DNA of 63,642 nucleotides, filler included, from Atractiella rhizophila (taxonomy: Eukaryota), in assembly GCA_021432655.1 (NCBI GenBank). It is 22 parts of 22 records of this genome, joined end to end, with 100 filler letters (N's around TTAATTAATTAA, not from the genome) between each part and the next. Parts side by side here need not be neighbours in the genome. Positions count along the whole stretch, not along the records: positions 49,534 to 52,291 come from MU272626.1; positions 52,392 to 55,144 come from MU272627.1; positions 55,245 to 57,980 come from MU272628.1; positions 58,081 to 60,815 come from MU272629.1; positions 60,916 to 63,642 come from MU272630.1; 17 more parts are not named here. The stretch is one strand, 5' to 3'. The position numbers and the translations under genes were made by a program. Below the pieces are notes generated by a model that made no database searches, was not told the DNA's origin, and was given only the letters and a program-made list of their open reading frames with translations. Shown one piece after another: positions 50,256 through 63,642 of the stretch; the first letter of the stretch is position 1; each line of letters starts with the position of its first letter.

Positions 50256-52291
50256 TTAGCCCTCCAGCTTCACATGGTCCCTCTTCAGTCGTTCAACTTC
50301 AGCTTTCAAATTGATGACCTTCTCCATGTGTCAGAAGGAATGGAATAAAGGGTCAAAAGCTCACCTCGCTAAGGATGTTCATAGTGACCGTCTTCTTGAC
50401 GTCCGGGAACTTACTTGTCAATTCCTCGTATGTGAACTTGGATATTTCCCTGACGCCATCCTCGTCCCTCTCCTCCCTGGGAACAATAGGGTCGACATCA
50501 AGTTCCTCCTCGTACTCATCGAGTATACTGTCCAGTTTAAGTCTTCTGATGGTTGGCGCGTCGTATCTGCTCTCATACAGAGCGATGCAACAAAGTGGAA
50601 TGAAGAATATGACTCGCATCAGGTAGCGATTGATCGTTGCGTAGGCTTCGCGGGAGATGACGAACTCCAGAGGCAGGATAACGAACTCAATCAGGTTGAA
50701 AGGTGCTGGGTAGAGCCAGCTGTCTGGCGCTCGGACCGAGGAAACGGTCTTCGCAGCAAAGAAGGCCATGAACGATGGAACAGCTTCGTCTGTCACTTGC
50801 GAGTAGGCAGTACCGACTTTTTGGACACGATAACCGTCAATCGACATACTGAAGCATAAAGGACTGACGCACAGAGAGCAATCAGGATATTAAGGAGGAT
50901 CAAGACCGTCAACAGGTTCCATCCGCTATCAGAGATTCAGGATATCCTCGCGAGGCATCAAGTTGGAGGGCAACGCACTAATACAAAATCATCGAAAATG
51001 GATAGCCTGCATTTGACGAGCCAAAGTAATCGAAGTTGGGGCTGCCAAGCAATCCCTCCATGAGTGCATTGAGCACCGGACCTGTTTGCTCTCTCGTTGA
51101 ATCAGCAACATCGATACCTACCGCAGTCATAATCAGCCCACGACGATTTGCAACTTGATAAAGCAAGACACACCAGTTAACGCCTGAGCGAAGCCAATGC
51201 CAACAACGAAGAGGAGGGCAAAGAAGATGCCCGTCTCCCTCATCATTCTAGCAAGTACAATTTGCATGGTTCCGAAGTAAGTGTAGAGGTCAAAAATTGT
51301 CAGTAATTTGACCCATACCAATGGAGCTGCCGAACTAAAGGAAGAGCTTAGAAACGCCAGTCCTCCAGTGAGGAATACCCACGAAAGTAGCTGGAATGAT
51401 AGTTGTCGATATTTTCGTGTTTTGTCCGGATCGTTTGTGCCCAAGTCGGCTAGTCGGTAGCTATAACCGATGAGATTGAGCAGAGGAATGTAAGAACAGA
51501 CAAACGCACCATAATGCAGCGGTGAGAAGAGTATATATCATAAGATTGATAAATGTCCAAAAGCCCAGAGCTCGCACGGATCTAATTGTTTACATTAATT
51601 GTAGTGAGAAAGGGTACTCTTCCACCTACCCAATCTTGAATGCTCTCGTCACTGCCCATATTTCAGTCAGCGTCCTCATTGCTCAAAAAGCACGTACATT
51701 CCTCCACGAAGTAACCTAGCATCTGCGCATAGAGTATAATGTCTTCAAGACTGAACCCCCTCTCGGGAGTTTGAATAGCTATCGTGTAGGCAATGAGGAA
51801 GATGATCCAAAGAAAAATCCTGAAAATGTTCTGATATCGAGGTACTGCAATACGATCTTCTGAAAAATGGTTCATGAAACCTCCCTTCGTGGCACTCTCC
51901 CAAACTTTATAGACCACCTGACCTCTGGAATCGATGGCTTGAACAAGATGTCCTTTCCAAAGCGCAAAAACCGTGCGTTGGGACTCGGCAGAGGAGAGAA
52001 AAAATGAACAGCTTTCGTCTACTCCTGTTTCGATGGCTTTGTACAACGTAAGTAGGCAGGAGTTACCTGGGTACAGCAGTGGGGACATGAAAACACGAAC
52101 CAGATGTCCATAAAGTTTCATCTCCATCCGATTCCAGGGCTGCGAACCGAGTACTCAAGACAATATGTTGGCGATTGGATGGTAGTTTTGAGACCACCCT
52201 TCGGGCAAGAACTAGTGCATCGACCACAAATTTAAAGGGGAAGGGGAAAGGTTAAAGTTTGCCTACCCTGACATGCCACGGCTGCAACAAA
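50256..52291 (-). CDS. YVC1: Vacuolar TRP-like cation channel (Yvc1/TRPY1), 5' truncated
   Basis: FLSSAESQRTVFALWKG, RIAVPRYQN, YFGTMQIVLARMMRETGIFF, LLGSPNFD, LLNILIAL and VRAPDSWLYPAPFNLIE. Confidence 0.93.
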
Positions 52292-52391
52292 NNNNNNNNN
52301 NNNNNNNNNNNNNNNNNNNNNNNNNNNNNNNNNNNTTAATTAATTAANNNNNNNNNNNNNNNNNNNNNNNNNNNNNNNNNNNNNNNNNNNN

Positions 52392-55144
52392 CTCCGGCTG
52401 CTGAGGAGAGGCTGAGCATGGAGCCAGAGGAGGAGATAAGCGATGAAGGAGAGAGAGAGATGAACCGAGCTGCCGCAGATGCATTGAAGGAGATGCGGAA
52501 AGGGGATGGCGGGAACGGAAAGACTAGGAGTCAGAGGAAGAGGGAGAAGTGGAAGGATAAGAAGAAAAAGCAGAAGAGTACTGCTGTTGAAACAGTAGAG
52601 GTGAGTGATTCTTTTGCTGCCTTGACTCTGTGGCTCAAGGGATACCATTGCAGGTGTGTACGGATGAAGAAAATTCAACTGTGAATGAAGAGACAAATGG
52701 AGACGGAAAACGGAAGGTATGCTATGTGCCTGTGCTCTTCTACCCACCTGGTGCTGATGCCATGACACTGTGTGCAGAGAATCGGAGTCGTACGAGGGAA
52801 AGCAGCCATCAAATTTTGCTACGAGGCTATTCAAGATCCTTCTAAACTTGCCAAGACCAGTCTCTCGCTTAGCTTCGGTGACGGTGCAAAGCTCCAGCCT
52901 GACGACCGCGTTTTCCGATGCCACAAATGCAAGCGACTCCTCCGTCAAACACCGGCACAAAAGTACAACTATGACGGTCTCATCAGGCACTGGTCCAGCC
53001 ATGGTTCTGCTTACCAGACCTGCTTCACGCACCTTTGTGAAGTTAAACCCGGTGAACCCTTCAACGAGCTTGATTTATCCTTTGCGAAAGGGAACATGAC
53101 TCCCGGAGACTACAGTCGGGAGAGGGGACTCAACACCCCTATTCCTGCATGGGCACAACCGAAGCAAGTTGTCTCAAAGATGACTCACAAAGGAGATCAG
53201 GCATGCACCCATCTGCTTAATCCATGCCGAGAAGGCTGATCCGATATTTGTTTTGGAAACAGGCGGTCGACCCAGAACGGCTGAAGTATCTTATCTCCAG
53301 ATGGACTGCATCCTCTGCTCAATCGTTCACGGAAGTTGACTGTCCCAAACTTCGTGACTTGCTCACATATATTCACGGTACTCCACGCTCAATTCCGAGC
53401 TCTTGGACCATCCAAAGAACAGCTCTCGAATGTGCAGCTCACCTCACCGCAAATCTTTCCTTCTTTTTCAAGGTATGTGCTTTCTGTTTTTGAGACACAC
53501 CTCTGAGCACGGGATGATAGGACCAAATTGGTGATGGCGAGATCGCACTGTCTATTGACAGTTGGACATCGAGCAATCTCATCGCTTTTCATGCAATCTG
53601 TGCACACTTCGTTGATAAGGAAGGACACCTTGTTAATGCTCTGCTGGATTTTGTTGAGCTGAAGGGAAAACATTCGGGGGAGAGAATGGCAAAAGTGGTT
53701 TACGGAGTGCTCAAGAAGCATGGATTGTTGGGAAAGGTAGCCTTTTCTGATATCCACTGTGAATGTTGCTGAATAATCTTGCTTTTAGATCTCGATTATA
53801 ATGTCGGATAATGCGACTTCAAATGATACGATGATGGCCATGCTGGAGGATCTCTTCAATGCTGACAACATCGATTTCCCCGTAAACGAACGACGAGGCA
53901 GATGTCTCCCCCACATCATCCATCTTGCCGCCTTGTCTCTGTTGAATGCACTCGGTGCATGGCCAGCATCCACAAAAGCTGGCCGCGACATCACTCCCAA
54001 GAACCCTCCCGAGTCCAGTGGCATTCCTCCTCAAGTTTCCGATGATAACAACAAACCCCCTCCTCTTGTTCCCATCGATGACGACGATGAATCCGCATTG
54101 CCGTATCAGTGTCAGCTCGCAACCCTGCTTAATGCAGATGGGACTGTTTTCGTGGAAGAAGATCCCAAACTGGATGAAATGATGGATGGAATGGGATTGG
54201 GTGACAACATAACGTCAGACATGAATGCTGATGTTGGAACGGCTATCCAGCGGGTAAGTTTCCTCTTGCTTTCTCCCTGTTAACATTGAACTGATGGATT
54301 GACAGCTCCGAGCGATCATAAAATGTGCTCGCTCATCACCGCAGAAGAAGGAGATGTGGTTCAAGCTCCTCGGTCCCACCTTAGTCGAGAGTGAAGAGTC
54401 CGAAAAAGTTCTTATCCTTGACGTTCAAACGCGGTGGTCCTCAACTTGCAGCATGCTGCAGCGCGCGCTTCTCTTTCACTCCGCCGTCGACCACTTTGCT
54501 CAATATTACTCCCAAGATCTGAAAGGTGCACGGTTGAGTGAGGAAGACTGGGATGCAATCAAGCTCGTCTTATCGTGGTTGGAGGAGTTTGCCGAAGTAA
54601 CTGCTCTTATGTCTTCGGCCTCCGATGTCACCATCAGCAGCGTTGTTCTGATATTCCTCAGCTTATTTGAAAAGTTGGAAGAGGCCTTTGCCTCTCTGCC
54701 ACTCCGGACTCCGAAAAAGGTAAAGGATGGGCTCTCCAAGGCACATCAAAAGTTGGCAAAGTATTATGATAAATCTGATGCTTTCCCGTACTACTTTTGG
54801 CCTATTTGTGAGCTCTATCTTTCTTCCACATTCTTCTCATCCGGCTGCATATGTCTGTTTGCTGATTTGGATGGAGGGAATAGTACTCGACCCTAATGCT
54901 GGTCCTGCAACTTTGGAGGATCCGCGTTACGCTTTCGATCCCTTCTGGGTGGAGCATGCCAAGGACAACCTGAAGAGGAAGTTCGACAGCGACTACGGCC
55001 ACTTAACCCCACCACTCGCAACTCCTATCTCTGTGAAGGTCAACAACTCAAAGCCCGCATTGAGTGCACAGCAGAAGCTCAATGAGCGGATCGGTCGCCA
55101 AAACAACGTTCAGACAGCAGCGTCGCCAACGCATATCCTCGATC
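52392..55144 (+). mobile_element. hAT-superfamily DNA transposase gene with BED-like zinc finger, intron-containing, truncated at contig end
   Basis: FRCHKC..LIRHWSSH (BED-like), DSWTSSN (first D), LLDFVELKGKHSGE, SDNATSNDTM (second D), RCLPHIIHLA (CxxH), LDVQTRWSST, KLAKYY and VLDP. Confidence 0.93.
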
Positions 55145-55244
55145 NNNNNNNNNNNNNNNNNNNNNNNNNNNNNNNNNNNNNNNNNNNNTTAATTAATTAA
55201 NNNNNNNNNNNNNNNNNNNNNNNNNNNNNNNNNNNNNNNNNNNN

Positions 55245-56753
55245 CCTTCCAAACCCAACCAAACACAGATGGAATGAACTCACGGATCGTCTGCTGCCCC
55301 GAACTGGGCGGCACACTTGTAATTCTCGAAAGGGGGTGGTCCATTGCCCGGATCGACGGGACAGTAGTTTACTTGCCCTTGATTCGGGTTACAGGTGAAA
55401 GGATCACAGCCTGGCTCGTCCGGCTTCTTGTTGGCATCGCAGATTGAACAGTCAGGGCAGCGAAGGCATTCATAGGTAGTCTGATTGAAGAATTCATTCT
55501 GCGTCCTGGACGAAGCAAATTAGTTAGGACATCCAAACTCTGGCGACGTTAGTGGACTCACTGTACAAACCCTAAAATCTGCTCCGGAAGACGAGGGACG
55601 GGGTCTCTCCAGTTCGTGTAGTGAAGAGTGTTGTTTCCCAACTGCATCACGTACGCTATCAGTGCGATATACAGCTGTGTAGGGAAAAACTCCGAACAAG
55701 TTGATCGTAATACAAAGCAAAGGCATCGTTGCCAACTCGTGGTTGCCCATATCCCACGGTTTGGATAGCGATGTTGGGGTCGAGGTTGATCCTGAGTTGG
55801 AGAGAATCAAGTACTGAAACTGCCGCTCCAAGAGAGTGCCCTGGACGACATTTAGTCTCCTGGCTCCAACCGAGAATAAAACGAGACACGTACCTGTTAA
55901 GACGACTAAACCTTGGAGTGGATCGAGGAATCGAGCAGTCGCTTGCTTAACTGCCTGCTCATTGACGTTTGCGGAAAGATTGAAAGAGAAAGAAGGGGTA
56001 CTGACCGCGAGAACTTGTTGATTGGTGTTGAGGTAAGATTCCTGGAAGAACCCATGGATCCATTCTGCGCCAGTAGGATGTGCTCCCCTACCCGCGTTGA
56101 TCAAAGAAGGGTCGAGGCTCTGTGTAAATATAGAGTAGACCAAATCGTCCCACAACCTAGTCGTGTATGCTCGTCAATAACTCTGCCGCCTCACGGATTA
56201 AAGAGGTACGTACTCTGACCAACTCGAAGAGCCCTCTCTAAAAACGAAAACGACGTTGGGGGCGTTCGAGAAAGTGGCGACGTAGACTATGTCGCAGGGG
56301 GATTTCAGAAGCTGCAGCATTGAGAGTTCAGAAGAGAACATACCTCCGGGATAAGTGCCTGTCCCTTGGTACTGGTACCAGAAGGTTGGATTAAGGAGCC
56401 CGCTTGCTTGGCAGGGAACTGCTCAAACACATGTGATTGTTAATGACATATCTAAGACGTTGAAGGCTAGACGGACGGCAATTCCATGCCACTGTGGAAG
56501 CATTGCAGTAAGCAGCTGCCGCAACGGTGGCCAGTTGAGGGAGATTGAGCGTATTCTGGAGCACGCCAGCAGAGACTTGGAATGGAGTAGGTCCCAAGTT
56601 TGGCCCAAGGCCAGTTATCCATTTTCCTGCTGGACTTTCAGCGAACGGCGGAACTGGAAACTTCGACACCTCCGCATCAGACCCGACAGGGGTGATAACC
56701 GAGGCGGTGAATTGGACGAAGCTAAGAGCGAGAAGAGCTAGAATCCCTATCAT
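55245..56753 (-). CDS. Secreted class 3 lipase, 3' truncated
   Basis: Signal peptide MIGILALLALSFVQFTAS, AAAAYC..WNC, IHGFFQESY, nucleophile motif GHSLGAA, YGQPRVGN and RDPVPHLP. Confidence 0.93.
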
Positions 56754-58080
56754 GATGTAGTGCTGATTCTGAGGAGAGGGAAAAGAGCAGAAATAAAGGC
56801 ATTTTATACCTTTTTGTCAGAAGAGGAACATAAGGAGACAGCCTGAAGGCTTGATGGGGAAGATCTTCGCAGATTTTCTACTCCTTATCGACGTGAAGGA
56901 AATCACAGATGAATATCTTCACTTCAGTAGCTTACTCCTCCGCCTCACATTACAGACACGCTGACTCGAAGGAGCACCGATTCAACTCAAAAATCGGGGA
57001 CGCCAAGCTCATGATGTTCCTCCAGCCACACACAAGCTGCAGCTCCGCAATGGAATGGATTGGAAATGGGTCATCAGACAGCTGTCCCCCGTTGACAAGT
57101 GGGCGATGCAAGGAAAAGATTTTCAGGTGCGAAGGAAGAGGAAATCAGTTCTCTTCTCTCCCATCCTACTTTTCTTGGCATACTTCACGCAACGCAAGAA
57201 TGCTCCCCACCAGGTTTGTTAGATAATCGTGTAGCAGTATCTCCAGAAAAGACATCAAACTGGTCCCTTCTCTGCGTTCTAGTCAAGAATGCCCAAGGAA
57301 AGATTGGCAGTCTTGCTCTGAACGATCAAGCCCAAGCGGCAGAAGACACATGGGATCACGTTCAGTCACAATTCGTGATCTGCTTACTCCTAAGCGCTAC
57401 AATCTAAATGGCCCAAGATACAAGCAAGTGCAGGAGAGTTTCAAGTCTACTAAACATTGTTATCCAACGAAATGACGCTGCATCCATGATTCAGTCATGG
57501 ATATGCCCATTCTCGATTATATGGCAACGCTGTCTCTCCCTAGATCACCAGAGAGTAGAAAAAAGAATTCAAGATACCTTCTGTCGCCAATTGCGCTGTC
57601 CAATAAATCAAGCATACTCCTGCATATTCTATCAGCACTGATCACCAATGGATCTTCTCCAATGGAAGAATACTTCATTCGGCACAGAAGAGTTTTAGCT
57701 AACCAGGGTCCATCTACGTCGAGGACTGATACTTGCTAATGCTAACATCGATATCTGTCAAGATTCAAGAATGGGACTCATCGCCGAGTTCCAAGCCGAG
57801 TTCGGTGAGGAAGCAGATAATATGAGAACGACCAAGTCAAATGCTCAGAACTTACCTAGGACGTACACAAATAGAATAACAACGGTGGAGTTGACGGTTA
57901 TGAAAAGATACAGAAGGAAGAATTGATCACGGTTGGGGTTAGATGGTTTGCAGGAATCAGATGGGAAACAGTGAGATGGTNNNNNNNNNNNNNNNNNNNN
58001 NNNNNNNNNNNNNNNNNNNNNNNNTTAATTAATTAANNNNNNNNNNNNNNNNNNNNNNNNNNNNNNNNNNNNNNNNNNNN

Positions 58081-59993
58081 TTGCTCAAAAGCCTTCAAAC
58101 GACCTCAAGATCTAAAAAAGCACGAAAAGATCCATACTGAAGAGCACCACCTCAACCATAAGCATTCGAAAGCCGTCACCGTCCCTGATACGCATCGAAT
58201 CGCTCGTGCGAACAGCAGACCTGCCTCTTCTGAAACGCCAACGACATCTGCACCGAATGTTCCCGCTTTTGCCCATCCCTACCACCTTCCGGGTAAACTT
58301 TTCCGGCTTGCTCTCTCGTGCAATGCAAGTGACTGATTGATGATTTGGTAGGCTACTGTCCCTATCCTCACTTCCCACATCCTCACGCCGCTCCAACCGC
58401 TCAGTCCCTGGCCTCCATCGTCGCCCACCAACAGCAACTCAATGCCGTCACTCAGGCTCATCTCCTCGGGATGCAACGATCCGCTCTTGCGAGCGGTCTC
58501 CCACCGTACGGTGCTGCAGGGATGTTTGGATTTAACGCACACTCATATCCGCTTGGTGTCGACCCCACAATGGCAGGCATGGGAATTGGCCTGTACCCTG
58601 CTCTTTCTGGCGGACCATTGAGCAACCCGGTTGGTCTCGGCATGACTGCAATCCCCGGTGCCGGTATTGGTGGAAGAAGCGTCTCGCCGCAGGAGATAGG
58701 AAGTGAGGAGGGAGAGGAGAATATGAGTACTGGCGTAAAGAGGAAGAAGAGGAGCTTCCATGCTGATGCTGTCGCAGCGGAAGAGTTGTTGGGCGAAATC
58801 AAGAGGAAGAGATTGAGCAAGGACCACTCCAAAGAAGGTGCATTTTTTAATCGCTTTTACAATTTGTCAACATTACTAACCAATTGGTCTCAGTGGCGAA
58901 CGGGATGGACGCTATTTCGCTCTTGTTGGGCAACCCACACCCAGAGCTCATCCCAGGTCTACCCTCGCATCCTTCAGATGGTTCTGCATCGACTCCCTCC
59001 ACCTCCTCGCTCACAGGCGATGGAAACTCGCCACTCAACGACGTGATGCCGGATCTGAAAGCATCAGACATGGACTCCTTGAACAACATCCTGCTTTCCA
59101 TCGGCCGCTCATACGAGTCGAACGCTCAGACGCACGGCTTCGACGGACTCGATTCCCTCGATCATGGGTCTCGGGAAGAACACTCCCCTTCGTCTCATTC
59201 TCAGTCCTCTCCTCCAACCATCTCCAGTCTCTATCCGAACTTCGATGGACTACCAAATCTTCTCAACGGACAAAGAGGGCTTCCTTTCCCCTACGGCCAT
59301 CATGGAGGAGACATCAAGCTATCTCGGCCGCTCGCAGGTCCTTCCATCGCAACACTCGATCCTTACCTCTCATCTCAAGATGGACGCAAGATCGCGACGC
59401 TTGGAGAAGCTCGCCCAGAAGACAATGATAAGATGGAAGTTGAGCTTCCTCCGATTGTCCCAGCCGGCGAGAAGGAGGGTAAAGGAACTAGGCTGCCCAG
59501 CTTGAAAGACTGGTATAAGGAGAATGGGACCGGAGAACGGTTCGAAAAGGAGCTCTATCCGTCCCTTTCGAGTCCTACGAGCGCAATTCTCTCCAGACCG
59601 TCCACTGCTGCTTCACCGTCGCCTTCGGCAGAACTGAGCAAGAAGGTCGATTCAATGGACCTTGACCATGTCGATTCTCCGCCTACTCCGGCGACAACTG
59701 CGAGTGGAACGGGCAAGAAGCATACTCACGAAGAAATCGAGGAGGGTTCGGAAATGGAGGTTGAGGAAGAGGGGTTGGAGAGGAAGAGGTTGAAGGTGAA
59801 AGAAGCGCAGGAGGAGGAGGAGAGGAAGAAGAAGCTCGAGGTCGTCACGATGCTCATCGTTAAGCTCAACGAGGCATGGAGGGCTGAGCTGGAGAGGAGG
59901 AGGAAGGAAGAGGAGAGGAAGCTGAAGGAGGGAAGGAAGGAAGTGAAGATTGAAGATGTGGAGAGCGTGAGCGTCAGGATTCCGGTCTCGTGA
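58081..59993 (+). CDS. RIM101: pH-response transcription factor PacC/Rim101 (third zinc finger to C-terminus)
   Basis: CSKAFKRPQDLKKHEKIHTEEH is the diagnostic finger. YPAL and YPSL are YPxL motifs of the PalA/Rim20-binding type. Acidic/charged C-terminus. Confidence 0.93.
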
Positions 59994-61348
59994 AAAGAAA
60001 GTATTTAGTGCATGGGCTGGTTGACTTTCGTTCGTCCTTCATTGTCTCATTCCGTCGATGTGTTTTTGTCTTGCTTCGATATTCAGGTGTCTCTCACGTC
60101 CTTTCGTTCCCTATTTCTAATCATCTGCCTCCATATCGAATGTATCCTAGGTTGTATGTGTAAAATCAACAGGAATAAATACGTTGTTAATTATTTCACG
60201 ATTCCTCGAAAATATGGACTCTGAACGACCAAGACATCCTCCATATTAAGCGAGTCATTCAAAAGTCACCAGTCAACTCGACTGAGCTCGGCGGTTGGAG
60301 CATGACTTAAGGGAGCCCTTCCAAATATTTGAGACAACTGGTGATCAGGGCTTCTTGTTCATCACGGACAACGTTGCTGGTGCCTATACGAGATATCTCA
60401 AGGGTTTTGACTATGATGTTGCGTACGCCTTTACTTTAAAATTCACAACAGCAGTCATCACCACCTCGAGAATATGAGCTAGCTTGCTGGCTCGGACCAA
60501 GCTACACGTTCTTTTGACATAACACTTCGACATTTATGCCATCAGGGTCGAGCAGATAAGCGGCTACTCTTTCTGTCAGTTTGATCATCAAGATATGGAT
60601 GTCGAAACACGGACCATAATAGTGCGGTCCGTATATGTCTCTTAGACCTGGTTTCCCTGGAACGCCCTTACATCAGCAATTATCAGGGTTCAAGGAGATT
60701 CAGCGGACCATTGTCTGTTCCGCCTGCCTTCAATCCAAGTTTATGAAAGGCATCTACTTCCTCCCTCTCTTTCGCAACGAATGCGTAGTGGAGGCCTTGA
60801 GCAACCTCAGCCTTANNNNNNNNNNNNNNNNNNNNNNNNNNNNNNNNNNNNNNNNNNNNTTAATTAATTAANNNNNNNNNNNNNNNNNNNNNNNNNNNNN
60901 NNNNNNNNNNNNNNNCTTTGTCACCACTGCTCTGACTAGGTTCGCTGCTCGTTGCTCGCTGCTGAAGGTGGCCCGTCCTGTTTCCCACCATGCGTCCTGT
61001 CGTATTCGCGCGAATCGAGATCTTGGAGCTTCGACTTCTGACTTTATCGATTTGCTCTGTTCTTTGAACACACACTTGGTTATAGCTTTGACCCTCAACG
61101 AGGCCTTAACCCTCAGCAGGCTCGGTCAAACCTCACGGGCAACAATTTGATTGCTCTGCTGATATATTCGCTCCGTGGTTTGTGACAATGAATTGATCAT
61201 TTTCTACAACATATTTGAAGCACCGACAGTTTAAGGAAAAGCGAGCGGACTACTGGCAAAAACGGTTCTCAGACACTATGTCCGTTCCTGCCTGGCTGCT
61301 GTTGTCCTGTAAGAATAGGCTGTTGTTCAAATAAACTATCCCACGAAT

Positions 61349-63642
61349 CTATTGCCCACCATGTTCACTGCATAAATAATGGAAGGGGTATGAGTAAAGG
61401 GAAAGCGCACCAAAATCGAAGATAGCGTTCGGTAGAGATTCTGGATGGAAGGCAGACAGCTGCGCGCTGCTGAAGCCGCCGAAAAAGTTGGACGGTGTAA
61501 CATTTGCCAAACCGTCTATTGGGCCAGCGTTGATGATTGGGTTAACATTGGGTGTCGAGAATCCAAATACGTCTAGTAAGGAAGGGTCGATCGCCGACAA
61601 TTGATCAAAGTTTTGACCGATTGGCGCGAGGGGTTGCTGAACTTGAGAAGTGGAAGGGTCTGGGGGAGTGTTCGTGGCGCTCTGTAACAAGGCTTCAAAT
61701 TGCGAGGAAGCTGGCAATGGCGGAGGCGGCATCGCCGGAAATGTAGCTTGGAATGGGCTTTGGACATCTCCCACGTGAGTTTCGCTTGTTGTCCTCATCG
61801 CGCTATTGTTCATGTATGGGCTACCACTCGTTCCAGCGCTATCAGGCGTGCCCGTTGAACCGTTAGGCTTCGCATCTCCCGATTTCTTGGATCTCAAGTT
61901 CCAATCTTGCTCTCGCCTCCTGCTCCCCTTCGTGGGATTCAATCCTACTAACGGTTCTCGCTTTATCCCAGTGGGGAGTGGTGAATCCGGAGATGGCTCG
62001 GGAGCCCATGACGTGATCGAATGAGCAGTGTTAAACAGCAGCGCAACGATTTCCGACACCTTCATTCGTGTTGGACAGTCTTGTTGCGAGCTGATGCGTT
62101 TGAGAAGATCACGGCTGGTCCTCAAAGAATCCAAAATGTCTGGTTCGCGTCGTCGTGCGTAGGCATGGTACTGTAATTTGTGTTAGCATTCTGCTCACAG
62201 TTGGTGAATGTGCTGCGAAAATGTCACCTGGATTAGGGAACAGATGAAGAGGCAATACAGCGGGATGAACCATCCCTGAAGGTAAGTCTCGTTCCGATTC
62301 GTCCAGTCTATTGCTTGCTGAGCCTTAAGACGAAGATCATTCCAGTCCTTGATGCCGGGATGAAATTTGACGTTATCGGGGCAGATGTAGGACAACTTCC
62401 AAAAGGGTCGAAGGAGAAGAAACATTGGGGTGACAGACATGAGATGGAGGAAGCCTACATGGTCGTCAAAAAGTTTCACAATGTAAACTACTGCACCAAC
62501 CTGCTTGCGGATTTGAATTTTCTGGTCCATTAAACTGCAGTTCTGGGGGGATATTGCGATCCCAACTGCCCCTTCATTAACACTATATTTTTGTTGTCAA
62601 GACAAATGGCATACGCTTCTAATTCAGCTTGCAACTGCTCAGCCTCTCCATCTTTAAGATTGAGAATCCCAGTTGGACTATACAACGATCGCTGAATCTT
62701 GCCCAGGATGATGCTAAGTTGTATCATGACAGTATTGAAAAGATAAGGTCGACTGCCACGGTCGACTTGATGGGGTTCTTGCCCAGGAACAATGTCGTGG
62801 ACTGAGGGGAAGAGCCGATCACAATCAGCCAGGTCTATCACCATTGGAAGTCCGAACTGCAAGCTCTCGTTAGACTAGCGAGAGCGGAAGGCGCGAAAGT
62901 CGTACACAGGCAGAAATCCATCGATCTGCAACCAAACAGCCTCCCCACACTCTCCTTCTTACTTCAATGTGGTCCGCCATCGTCTGTCGCTCTTTTTCAG
63001 TGGCTGTTTCTCGATGAAGTCCTAAACTTTGAGCCATTCTGATCGCCTGCGCACGCGTTCAGCTTCAACTTCCTGGTGAAATTGGAGAACCATCTACCAG
63101 ACCAAGAACATTCCAATTTTTGTTGCCTGAAGCTCGTCCTCGACTGAACTCCAAACTAAAGCTGTAGATTAACAGCGATTGTACAGTAGCCAGGTTCCCC
63201 CAGTCCAACACATCTTCCTCTCTGAACATCTGATGGATATTGTTTTTGATGGTATCAAAAATGTGTGCTGGTACGGTGGAAGCTTGCGCCGAAATGCCAC
63301 AGATACACTGGAGGAGCATAGGATGGGGTTTTGGGGCTGGCGTGGAAGAAGATGGATCGGGCTGATAGGAAGACAGAAACTCCTTTTTTGAGACTGTGTG
63401 GATTTGTCCGGCTCAGCATTGAGTAAATGTAAAGAAAAGGACTCACCGATGGGGAAATGTTGAGAATGATGTTGAAAGAAAAAATTGACCAAATGACTAG
63501 CAACATCTGGCGCGATGGTTGAACCCCTTAAACCTTTCCCTTCTCCTTCCCAGTCGGCACCATTAGCTGCGGTCTCGTCGATTCCAATAGTATCCGAAAC
63601 TTTGATGAACCCATCCCCGTCCTCCTTCACTTCCCAGGTGAA
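61349..63642 (-). CDS. Fungal-specific transcription factor (Fungal_trans middle homology region), 5' truncated
   Basis: LVNFFFQHHSQHFPI, LATVQSLLI, AIRMAQSLGLHRE, HIEVRRRVWGGCLVADRWISA-LQFGLPMVIDLADCD and LSIILGKIQRSLYSP. Confidence 0.92.

Noticed and set aside
56909..57980. Several short + strand ORFs divergent from the lipase
   Set aside because: I could not build a consistent spliced model or recognise any family.

Overview
This window is not one locus. It is 22 short contigs (about 2.73-2.88 kb, in non-increasing length order) joined by an artificial 100-nt linker, N44-TTAATTAATTAA-N44, so adjacency across linkers has no biological meaning. The DNA is from an intron-rich fungus, most likely a basidiomycete, judged from GT-AG introns of about 50-100 nt, TTAGGG telomere repeats and fungal orthologues. 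Recognisable genes, most of them partial: two drug-type MFS transporters, an allantoate-family permease, Swi5/Sae3, ZPR1, a divergent histone H2A/H2B pair, a kelch protein, an auxin-efflux-carrier-family protein, Osh3-like, DUF4140, a bestrophin-like channel, septin Cdc10, eIF3a, Vps41, Vps8, Yvc1, a class 3 lipase, Rim101/PacC, a fungal transcription factor and F-box proteins. Accessory content includes a chromosome end with a FunK1 kinase pseudogene, a decayed Helitron, a hAT transposase, a patatin-NLR immune receptor and a TPR/polyQ fragment. I found no clear multi-gene novel system, and fragments this short could not show one. The best leads are: (1) a tRNA-derived Pol III element just upstream of the Helitron ORF; (2) a patatin-NLR that lacks the catalytic Asp motif; (3) a gene missed by the ORF track that carries an eIF4E-binding motif and sits head-to-head with ZPR1 around a telobox; (4) a 72-bp triplication behind a TATA box that ends at a splice donor; (5) a hairpin abutting the telomere tract. 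All family assignments come from motif recognition by eye, not from database searches.
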